Shown here: one piece after another, positions 28,127 to 38,690 of the stretch
Numbering within the stretch: position 1 is the stretch's first letter
Layout of the letters: every line of letters begins with the position of its first letter
Assembly (NCBI RefSeq): GCF_009914755.1
Contig: NC_060928.1
Source: the human T2T-CHM13v2.0 reference genome, Homo sapiens
Length of the DNA stretch: 64,000 nucleotides
Reading direction: 5' to 3' (one strand)
Made by a program: the position numbers and the translations under genes
Notes under the pieces: generated by a model
What the model was told of the DNA's origin: nothing
The model's input: only the letters and a program-made list of their open reading frames with translations
The model's database searches: none

Positions 28127-29246
28127 GTTTGTGCTGAGAACCTTCCTTTCTTCTGGGAGTCCAGAGTCTGGGCACGAAGCAGGCAGAGGGTGCCCATGTG
28201 CCCAGCCCCCAGTAAAAACCCTGGCACCGAGTCTCTAGTGGGCTTCCCTGGTGACGACACTGCACATGCGTTGTCACGGCTCACTGTGTAGGGAGTTAAG
28301 TGCGTCCTGCGTGACCCCGCTGGGAGAGGATTCTGGAAGCTCAAGCCTGGTTTCTTTGGGACATCGCCCCATGGACCTCTGCCCTTGCTGATTTTGTGTG
28401 GAATCCTTTCGCTGTAATGAATCTCAGCTGTGAGAGCACCTTTGTGCCAAGTCCTGGGAATCCTAGGGAATCACTGGCCTGGGGGTGATCCGCGGACCAC
28501 TGACAAGTTTGTTCTCAATGACAACCAATACTTTTATACCCCCTGGAAGAATTGAGTTAATATGACATTTCTGCTTTTTTAGGTGGTGGTTTTTATCTAG
28601 CCTGTTGAGTGGCCTCTGCAGTATTGATCGAGGTTGTTTCAGGCTAATACGTTTTCCCCCACACAGTATATTCAAAATAAATTAATGTGGGAGGGTCATG
28701 GAATATTAGGTGACCCCTCTCCTGAGGGAAAACTCTATGTCAGGGGATTTATGATCAACTAAGGGGTTAGACTCAGTGTTCTGCAGGTGCCTTTGAACCT
28801 GAAGCCTGTAGCAGGCCTTGCTTCTCACGCTTGGACTCTGCCATCCTGTGAAACGTGGGTTTGGGTGTGTTTCTTCTGTGTGGAGCCCGAGAGTCTGCCT
28901 TTCAGACGGGCTGCCAGTCCACGGACCACACTTTGAGTAGCAAGGGGCTCTTTCCATCCAAACAGGGTGTGGAAGCAGTGCTGGGAAGCAGTCCTGCATC
29001 CTCACACCCGTGGCAGGTGGGCCTGGCAGGAACTTGTGTGGTAACAAGGTAGCAGTTGTGGGAGACATTTTCTACTCCGAAAGGAAGTTTCTTAGCCTGA
29101 CTTGAAGATTTATTATCTATAGACACTTAGAGGCTCTTTCTGTGGTGGTTTTTATTATGAATTATCTTTTTGTGTTTAGCTAATACCAGTGAGTGGTGGA
29201 GAAAGATGGGCTCTTTAATAATGAGCTGTTCGTTTTTCTTTCTTAG

Positions 29247-29347
29247 GGCACTGTTTGAAGAAGCAAACATGGTAGCATCAAGCATTCCTTGAAATATGGC
29301 TCCAAGGGAACAATGAGACGTGCTCTTGGTCTTGGAAGCTCATCAGA
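29247..29347 (+). other. RGS12: 5' UTR part of RGS12 exon 2 (101 nt), containing three upstream ATGs
   Basis: Polypyrimidine tract and acceptor (cgtttttctttcttAG|GGCAC, AG at 29245-29246). uATGs at 29269, 29296 and 29313. Confidence 0.88.
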
Positions 29348-31228
29348 ATGTTTAGAGCTGGGGAGGCCTCCAAACGCCCATTGCCTGGGCCGTCGCCCCC
29401 AAGGGTGCGGAGTGTGGAGGTTGCCCGGGGGAGGGCCGGCTACGGATTCACGCTTTCGGGACAGGCACCCTGTGTGCTCAGCTGCGTCATGAGAGGGAGC
29501 CCTGCGGATTTCGTGGGCCTCCGAGCTGGAGACCAGATACTTGCTGTCAATGAAATCAACGTGAAAAAAGCATCTCATGAAGATGTAGTGAAATTAATTG
29601 GGAAGTGCTCTGGTGTCCTTCACATGGTGATTGCTGAAGGCGTCGGCCGCTTCGAATCCTGTTCCAGTGATGAAGAAGGGGGACTCTATGAAGGAAAAGG
29701 CTGGCTGAAGCCCAAGCTGGATTCTAAAGCACTAGGTATAAACAGAGCAGAGCGAGTCGTGGAGGAAATGCAGTCTGGTGGAATTTTCAATATGATTTTT
29801 GAAAACCCGAGCCTTTGTGCGAGCAATTCAGAGCCCTTGAAATTGAAACAAAGATCCCTTTCGGAGTCGGCCGCAACTCGATTTGATGTTGGACATGAAA
29901 GTATAAATAATCCAAATCCCAACATGCTTTCTAAGGAGGAAATATCAAAAGTTATTCATGATGATTCGGTTTTCAGCATTGGACTAGAAAGTCATGACGA
30001 TTTTGCATTGGATGCAAGTATTTTAAACGTGGCGATGATCGTGGGCTACTTAGGCTCCATTGAGCTTCCTTCCACGAGCTCCAACCTGGAGTCCGACAGC
30101 TTGCAAGCCATCCGCGGCTGCATGCGGCGCCTGCGGGCAGAGCAGAAAATCCACTCGCTGGTGACCATGAAGATCATGCACGACTGTGTGCAGCTGAGCA
30201 CTGACAAGGCTGGAGTCGTGGCCGAGTACCCGGCCGAGAAGCTGGCCTTCAGCGCCGTGTGCCCGGACGACCGGCGATTTTTCGGGTTGGTTACCATGCA
30301 GACGAATGACGACGGGAGCCTGGCCCAGGAGGAGGAGGGCGCCCTGCGGACTTCCTGCCACGTGTTCATGGTGGACCCAGACTTGTTTAATCACAAGATC
30401 CACCAAGGCATTGCTCGGCGGTTTGGGTTTGAGTGCACGGCCGACCCAGACACCAATGGCTGTCTGGAATTCCCGGCGTCCTCCCTCCCCGTCCTGCAGT
30501 TCATCTCTGTCCTGTACCGAGACATGGGTGAGCTGATTGAGGGCATGCGGGCCCGCGCCTTTCTGGACGGGGACGCCGATGCCCACCAGAACAACAGCAC
30601 CAGCAGCAACAGTGACAGCGGCATTGGGAACTTCCACCAGGAGGAGAAGAGCAACCGGGTCCTTGTGGTGGACCTGGGTGGGAGCTCGAGCAGACACGGC
30701 CCCGGAGGCAGCGCGTGGGACGGTGTGGGTGGGAGGGGTGCCCAGCCCTGGGGTGCTCCCTGGACTGGGCCCTTCTGTCCGGACCCCGAAGGGAGCCCCC
30801 CATTTGAGGCCGCTCATCAGACTGACAGGTTCTGGGACCTAAACAAGCACCTAGGGCCAGCCTCTCCTGTGGAGGTGCCCCCAGCTTCCTTGAGGAGCTC
30901 AGTCCCCCCTTCCAAGAGGGGCACCGTGGGTGCTGGCTGTGGTTTCAACCAGCGCTGGCTCCCGGTCCACGTGCTCCGGGAGTGGCAGTGCGGACACACC
31001 AGCGACCAGGACTCTTACACAGATTCCACCGATGGCTGGTCCAGCATCAACTGCGGCACACTGCCCCCTCCTATGAGCAAGATCCCCGCAGACCGCTACA
31101 GGGTGGAGGGCAGCTTCGCGCAGCCCCCGCTGAATGCCCCGAAGAGGGAGTGGTCCAGGAAGGCCTTTGGAATGCAAAGCATTTTTGGTCCCCATCGAAA
31201 TGTTCGAAAGACTAAGGAAGATAAAAAG
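29348..31228 (+). CDS. RGS12: RGS12 first coding exon, aa 1-627 (PDZ domain, PTB domain, low-complexity linker)
   Basis: MFRAGEASKRPLPGPSPPRVRSVEVARGRAGYGFTLSGQAPC is the recognisable RGS12 N-terminus with a GYGF PDZ loop, followed by the PTB region (VGYLGSIEL...CHVF). Ends at the phase-0 donor AAG|GTAAGC at 31229; 1881 nt = 627 codons. Confidence 0.97.
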
Positions 31229-32322
31229 GTAAGCCTGCCAGGAGCCACTCAGCGCGGAGGCCCGGCCTCCTCACTTAGCAGTCACGGGGAGGTGACTCCC
31301 AGTCACCAGCTTGCACAGTCCTGGCTTCCTCCTGCTGGCCCTGTGGCCTCTGTGGCCATCACAGGGTGTCTGCGTTGCCTGTGGGCTGCGGACTGTGTCT
31401 TGCTGGGACCTCTTGCCCCCTGCCCTGTTCGAGTCCTTGGTTCTGGTTCTGGCTCTGATGGCTGGTCCTGGGCAGGACATCTGGGCAGGACTGGTGGTGG
31501 CGAGAGGGAAGTTGTTGTCTTGGAGCTCAGGATAAGGCCCTTCCTCCCCTTCCTGCTCCTCCCTAGCTCTGTCCCTGTGGCTCCTTGAAGCCCATTTTAG
31601 GTCTGACCCCAGAATCTTCATCCCAGTGTCCCACACCCCTCTTGAGGCGAGAATATTCTTGAAGCACTGAAAGCTGGTTCCTCGTGCTGTTTCCTCCATG
31701 GGGAATATCCTGTTGTGTAAAACACCAGCTGGACTCCGCAGTGGGCCTGGGGAGCCCCACGCCGCCTGCTCACTGAGGGGTACCTCAAGGTGTGTAGTGC
31801 TGCCTTGAAGACCTGGACCCATCAGCATCCCTTTGGGGGCCCTGCCTTTAGGAGCTAAGTTTGGAGCAGGAAAGAGTAAATGAGCAAAGCTGGGAACCCT
31901 CTGGAAGGGACTTTGTCCAGCAGGAGGCGGTGCTGCCAGTGTGGGAGTGTGCGGGGCTGTGCCTGTGCGGTTGGGTGCAGGGAACCCTCTGGAAGGACTT
32001 CCTCCAGCCAGAGGCGGCGCTGCCGTGTGGGGCTGTGCTGTGTTTGGAGCCAGGGCCCTTGTGACAGGTGATGGGGGTGGGCACTTAGCTCCCTTTGTTT
32101 CAGAGAAACTACTCCGGCTGTTTACGATGTAAAGACACCTTTTTAGTGTTTGTTCACATCCTGAGACCATCCTAAGAAGACCCTCTAAGGCTGCTGGCTG
32201 GGTAGGCAGGGCCGGGGAGTAGGAAAGGCCGTGTTTGATGAATATTTCTACTTGATTCCCCCTCCCCTAGTGTTTTCCATGATGAAATGTAGCACCTGAG
32301 AGCATTTAAAGGCAAGGAAGGA

Positions 32323-32490
32323 GCCGGCTGCCGTGGCACACGCCTGTAACTGAGTGCTTTGGAGGCTGAGGCAGGAAGCTCGCTTGAGCCCAGGAGTTCA
32401 AGACTGCCGTGAGCTGTGTTGCAGCCACTGCACTCTAGCCTGGGTGACAGAGCGAGACTCTGGCTCTAAAATAAAATAAAATTTAAAAAA
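32323..32490 (+). mobile_element. Alu monomer / internally deleted AluJ
   Basis: Alu consensus pieces with an A-rich tail. Confidence 0.85.
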
Positions 32491-32614
32491 TGGAGGAAGA
32501 ACAGATTTCTCGTTTTATCTCCTCAAAATGATCACTGATAACATTTTGATGTATGTAAGCATAGAATTTTTTTTTTTAAAACACTTGTAATCATATGGAT
32601 TTTCAACATCCTCT

Positions 32615-32921
32615 TTATTTTTGGGGACAGGGTCTGGCTCTGTTGTCCAGGCTCAAGTGCAGTGGCTCTATCATAGCTCACTGCAGCCCCTGCTCCTGGG
32701 CTCAAGTGATCCTCCCACCTCAGCCTCCTGAGTAGCTGGGACTACTGAGTAGCTGGGACTACAGGCACTTGCTACCATGCCTGGCTAATTTTTATATTTT
32801 TTGTAAAGATGGGATTTTGCCATCTTGCCCAGGCTGGTCTTGAATTCCTGAGCTCAAGCGATCCTTCTGCCTCAGCCTCCCAGAGTGCTGGGATTACAGG
32901 CATGAGCCACACGCGCCTGGC
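32615..32921 (-). mobile_element. Alu (AluJ-like) with an internal 17-bp duplication
   Basis: Reverse Alu; TGAGTAGCTGGGACTAC is tandemly doubled. Confidence 0.9.
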
Positions 32922-35900
32922 CTCAGCCTCCTTAGAGGAGTCGTTCTGCAGCTGCACGTGCTGCTGCTGTCTTTCCTTGTCTCTTGATCTGAGCCCTGGT
33001 CTGGATTCTCAGGGAGGTGCCCTCCTGCCCGCCCTGGGCCTCACCTCACTTCTCCGTGGAGCCTGTAGGTGGTGGGGCAGGGCCACTCCCAGGGAGCTGG
33101 CCTCAGTGTGGGCTGCCTGTATTGGGCAGGGATGGGAGGTGAAGGGCCCTGGAAAGTGGTGAAAATGTTCTTTGGAATCAGGAGATTCCTCATCTCTTTG
33201 AGTACATATTTAAAACTGTGTTTTCTCCACTGCTGTGGTGTAGTGAAGGTTGACACTGGTGTTTATGTGGTTCTTTGTGGATTACAGGGCACCTTCACCT
33301 GCTTTCTCCTTGAAATTCAAAGTGACCTGGACAGTGGGGAGTATGATGCCATTTTAGATAATTGGCAGTGGTGCTTATGGTCCTCAGCGGACCTGAGAGA
33401 CAGATAATGCTGTCGTCCCCATCCCACCAGTGAATGGACTCCTCCTTGGGGCGGGTGACATGGGGGAATAGGTGGGGTTGTGATGCCAGCCTTGGGCTTC
33501 TTTGCAGTGAAGATGAGGGTCCTGGCTGTTCCCACCCACACTGGAGCAGAGCAGAAGGGGAGCTAGCATGTCCTCAGGGTTGGAAATAATGGTGTGGCGG
33601 TCACTGCTTTGCAGAGTGCATCCTTACCTTGATAGGAATCCTGAGGCCATCAGGCCAGGCGATTGAGGTTTGGCTGTCAGGTGACTTGCTCACAGTCACA
33701 GGGCATGTGAGTGCTGGGACCAAGACAGCCCTGGCGCTCCGTGTGGGATTTGGAGTGGCCTTCATAATGTGGCGTGATACACTATCTAAAAATAAACAGG
33801 TAGTAACGTGTTGTGTTTTATGGGTTCCTGCTGTAATCTCTTGAGGTTTAAGTGTTGCTGTTTACTTTGCCAAGTGGGCCTCCCTGTGTAGTTAGGTGAG
33901 TCTGATCCCATAGCCTCCCCAGTTAGAGCAGCAGAAGCTTCCAGGGGTCATGAGGCGGCCACAAGATGGGTCCGGACGTCGCCGTGGACAGGTCTGCAGA
34001 GTTTCGAAGGTGGCCGTGACCGTCCGCAGCGATCAGGGCCCCACCTGGACGCTGGCCTGTGCTGAGAGAAGGGGCCAGCAGGGATGCAGGAAGTGCCTGG
34101 AAGTTAGAAGAAGCAGCAGAGTTGGCACAGGGAGGGAGAGAGCAGAGGAGGCCCCTGGAGGGTGCCATGGTGTCAGGCAGCGAGCTTCACGTGACTCCGG
34201 ATTCTTAGTGACGGGGACTTCAGGGCTTTACTTTGCACAAACTCAGGTGGAATCAGTCAGGATCCAGCCAGGAGACAGGAAACGCAGCAGTAATTTGAAC
34301 AGGAAAAATTCAGTATACAGAATCGTTAACAAAGGAAAAGAAGGTTAGCTGCTGAAAGAGAAAAGAAAGGCTAAGGTCATCAGTGTGGAAAGGGGCTGAG
34401 TCTAGAAAAGTGGGCGTGGGAGGCTTAGATACCCAGAGTAGGGGCCTTATCTGACAGGACTGTGAGTCCATCGCAGCTGTGAGAGAGTGAAGCAGCTCCA
34501 GGTGAGGATTGGTGGCTGTCCCCAGTCCCCAGGAAAAACGATGTGGGACCCTCACATGCCAGTCCACCCCACTCCATCTGGGAGGCAGTGCCTGTGCCCA
34601 TTGCTGAACATTGAGCCCCTGGGCAGGAGCCATGTGGTCTTCAAGGCCCAGTGCCAGGATCAGAAGCTGGGCACGGCAGGGTGGGTTTGGCGCTGAGAAG
34701 AAATGCCTTGGTGTCTGGCACAGTGCCCCGTTAGGCTACCCAGCGTCTGTATGCACCCTTCTTCAGCACCCCCAAGGGCATCTCACTCCCAGCTTCTGCT
34801 TTTGAGTCCGCCTTGGCTTGCCTGCACCCCAGGGCAGGGTTTTCTGTGGCTGTGGAGCAGCTCCGGCCTGGACAGCCACGTCAGCTCCTCCCCCCAGTGG
34901 ACTGCAGGCATGTGGTGTCCAGCGCGCTCTGAGGCCCAGGCCTGGGCAGGGGCCCCTGCTGACGGTGTCCTTGGCTTAGGCACTCGCCCTTAGCCCTAGA
35001 ACAATCTTCAGCATTCCCTCTACACAGTTATTACTAGTTCTATGAATGTTAAACGTTCCCTTTGAAATTACTGGCACCAGCCTTTCTTAATCTGTATGCA
35101 AAATAAGCTGACTATTAGAAGAAATATAATACTGCATCTAGTCACAAGTTGGTCTCTAAGGCCAATAGTTCTGTGTCCTAACTGCCACCAGATTCTCCAT
35201 TGTTGTCCTTTGCCAATGCTTTTGTCACTGCCGCCTCCATCCTGCTGTCTGCAGGCTCAGCCCGGGTTTCCGCCCTCAGTGGCCACTTGCTCCTGTGAAA
35301 GCCTGGGGACCAGCGAGCCAGACCCCTTGTTGCTCGGCATTTCTACGTCTCCTTGGTGAGATGGAAAGCTCTAACCCCCTGCACACCGAGCCACGTGGTG
35401 ACCTTGTGCCAGCTCATCCTTGTCAGCTTCTCCCTCCTCTGGGGAGGAGCAAGGAAGGGGAGCTGAGTTACTTGTAGACTCGCTGAGGGTCTGAAATTCT
35501 TGAAGTGGGTGAGATGATGTTTGGAAGTGGACTGCTTTCCCTTTTGTGTAGTTTGCTCTTTGTCTCTGCCTAATGTCTGTAGCCAGCACAAGCTGGTTCT
35601 CATGGAGATAAGCATTCAGGCCTGTGACTAACAAAAGGGGCTGATGTGAAAGAGAACCCAGGATCTCGAAATGCTTCTGTCATCAAAAATGATTGCCTTG
35701 TGTTTCATTTAAGGCAAGCGTGTTTAATTCTGTGTCTCTGCAAACTGACTCAAAGTTATATTAATTAATTAAATTAATTAATTAAAATACCTGGTTAAGT
35801 AGCAGCACCCAAATTCTTAAAATTTCCATACAATGGATTTTGGAAATTTTAAAAATGAAAATATGTTATTTGTGATATGTAAAGGATTGATTGGTGTAAT

Positions 35901-37026
35901 TTTGAAATGAATGAATACATATTTTTAAATTCCTCAGTTTAATTTCTGGTATGAGAAACATCAGTAGCTGAAACCCACAAAAATAAAGACTCGCTGAGGT
36001 GCTCAGTCGTTTGTAGGTACTCCCAGGAGTCCTGAGACCACAGCACTTGAGGACTGCTGCCCGCAGAAGGTTGGATTTGCAGGAGTGAGTTCCTTCTCAA
36101 CTGTTGCTTACTGAGATAAGACCATTAACAGAGAATGGAGAAATACCTTATGGGTGTACTGGAGTACCCGAGAGCTACATCTGAGTGAGATAGTGGTACC
36201 TGCATCACCTGAAGTACATCTGAAAATCGCGCTCATAAAAAAGGCAAAATACAGAAGCCTCAAGCCCGTGAGCAGCGCAGTCTGCTGTCCAGGGTGGCGC
36301 GTGCCCCTCGGTGGGAGGACAAGCCAGGGGCGAGCAGGAGGACGAGCAAGCACCAGGCTGGGGGGCCTCTCCCGGGAGGGGTGCCGTGGCGCCTCGCTCG
36401 TGTTGGTGCAGTTTTATTTCTTGCGGTGCAGTGTGTTGGTGGGTGCTCATCATCTCATTCTCCACCATTTGTTCATGACGACATACCCAAAGGTACAATC
36501 ACAGACACAATGCGAACAGCACTGTAAGAGTCAGAGCCTTAGATGCTGCTGCTGCCTCTGCCCCGCTCCGCGCGGGGAGCTGCAGTTCAGAGTTCGCTTC
36601 CTTTCATGGACTTACTCTGTTTGCACAGCCTCTTGGATATTCTCTTCCTTTTCCTTCCCTTTATTGAAAATACATGTGACATACTGCTGTGAGTTACTTT
36701 TTTCTAAAACAAATTTCTCATGTACATAGTTATATATCAATTTTAAAAACTCTTCTTCATTGTAGTGGCCACGTGGTATTATGTCATATGCCTGTGCCAT
36801 TTCTTACTGAATCAGTCCCCAGTTGATGGCAACCTTAGACTGTTTCTATATTTAATAATAAGCTGGATTGCAGTAAAAATTCTTAAAGTTCTATCTTTGT
36901 ATATATGTGAGTTTTCTTTTGGGTAGGTTCCTAGATGTGGAATTGCTGTTTTTAAAAGTGTATGTGCATTTTAAAGTTTGCCAAATTGCTCACCAAAGAG
37001 GTTTTCTAGTTTATATTTTTGTCAGT

Positions 37027-37028
<2 letters not shown>

Positions 37029-37080
<52 letters not shown>
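37029..37080. repeat. Compound microsatellite (TG)12(AG)14
   Basis: Read directly from the sequence. Confidence 0.95.
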
Positions 37081-37084
<4 letters not shown>

Positions 37085-37088
37085 CCCC

Positions 37089-37956
37089 CTTTTTTATTGA
37101 AGGAGAATTTGTGTTATTTTGATGTACAGAAAACTCAACAGTGTTCATTTCACCCAGTTTATTGGCAGGTTCTGTGGCCTTTGCCTTTTCCAGCTTGGCA
37201 ACGTGAGCCACAGATTTTGGTCCCAGAGCTAGCTTTCCCAGCGATGGCAGATCTTGTCATATCTGTTGTCGTGGGTCTTGATAGCTTCCACCAGCTTAGA
37301 GCTCCCTTGTCTTCCAAGTTAACCTGTGTGAAGGCGACAGTGGAGCAGACTCGTTGGTCCTGCGGGCTTGACGCCCTCGTCAGGCCTTCCCTTGACAGTG
37401 CGGTCGGGAACCCCCATCTCAGGACGCAGGCAGGCAGGAAGACAACCAGCTCAGTGGGAGCCACGTCACGTGCGATCACCACCCGCTGAGCCTTCTCGTT
37501 CTCCACCAAGGTTGTGACAGTATCAACCCCTGCTGGAAGGACACGTGGTCCATCTCTTAGTGGGGATGTCCCCTGTGCCAGTGCTGTCTTTTAGTCCAGG
37601 CCAACAGTCTCTGCTTCTTCTCTTGCTTGTCTCTGGTTGGTACTGTGGGCCAGCGTACGCCATTGGGTAGCTGCCTGTGGCCTGAGGCCTGGGTGAACCA
37701 GTCAATCACAGGAGGTGCTTTCAGCCATTCATGGAGGATGGCCCTTTGCCACTGCAGCCTGATACAGCAGGGCCCTTGACAAAGTGGGCAAGGTCCCTGT
37801 AATGGCTGGACGTCCTGTCCACTGCAGAAATTCTTAGGGCTTTCCTCAGACGTCCATCTTCTTGGCCATCTGCTGCTGCATGGTGGCAGGGGCCAGGGCC
37901 TCCTCCTTCCCTTTGGCCTTCTTCCCTTTCAGCATCTTAGGTAGCTGGAGAAGAGG
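37089..37956 (-). pseudogene. Processed pseudogene of ribosomal protein L7a (RPL7A-like), degraded
   Basis: On the minus strand, ATG at 37935 gives MLKGKKAKGK. Later fragments are [42 protein letters not shown] and [16 protein letters not shown]. Pyrimidine-rich leader, no introns, frameshifts, A-rich tail near 37090. Confidence 0.92.
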
Positions 37957-38690
37957 CCCTTTTCTTCCTACCCATGTAGCTCTGGAGTTTTATCAGTGTT
38001 TTATTTATTTGCCAATATGAGAGGAAAGAAATAGTGTTATTTAATTTCTTAAATTGAGCAATTTTGTATCTTAATAGACCATAAATATTTCTCTTATTGT
38101 CTACTCCTGATTCATGTACCTTGGCCATTTTTCTACCTGATTGTAGGCCTTTTTCTTATTGATTAGTAAGAGCTCTTTGTATGTAAAAGAAATTAGTGCT
38201 TTGGTCAAAATATTTTAAACTAGTTATAAAAAAATCTGCCAAAGGGGAAAAATTGAAAATGAATGAATTTTTGGTAGCTGGAGGTCAAATAGAGAGTGGG
38301 AATTTTCTTGGGAGGAGTTTTCTGAAAGGTGATTTATGCATGCTTGGAGGGTAAAGGATAGGATTCCTTGGTTCAGGAATGCGGCTTAAGTTTTATTTTG
38401 ATTTGTTTGATATGAACCTTGGCATAAAATCAATTAGTAAATTTGGTTACTTTTATAATTTATTATATAGATTAAAAGCTACATAATAGGGATATGCTAT
38501 GGTTTGATTGTTTGTCCTCTCTGAAACTCATGTTGAAATGTAATCCCCAATGTGACAGTATTAAGAGGTGAGGCCTTTAAGAGGTGATTAGGTCATGAGG
38601 ACTCAGCCCTCATGAATGGCAGAATCCATAATCCATTCATCCTTGATAGCTTGTCACAGGAGTGGATTAGTTATCAAAAGGGTGGGTCTG

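Noticed and set aside
30613-30630. DSGIGN as a beta-TrCP degron in RGS12
   Set aside because: Lacks the second Ser of DSGxxS; no further support from the sequence.
30050-30817. 255-aa antisense ORF over RGS12 exon 2
   Set aside because: Expected shadow ORF of a GC-rich coding sequence.
29348-31588. 746-aa ORF taken as a complete single-exon gene
   Set aside because: A strong donor at 31229 and an in-frame downstream exon show it is a spliced RGS12 exon; read-through is kept only as a hypothesis.
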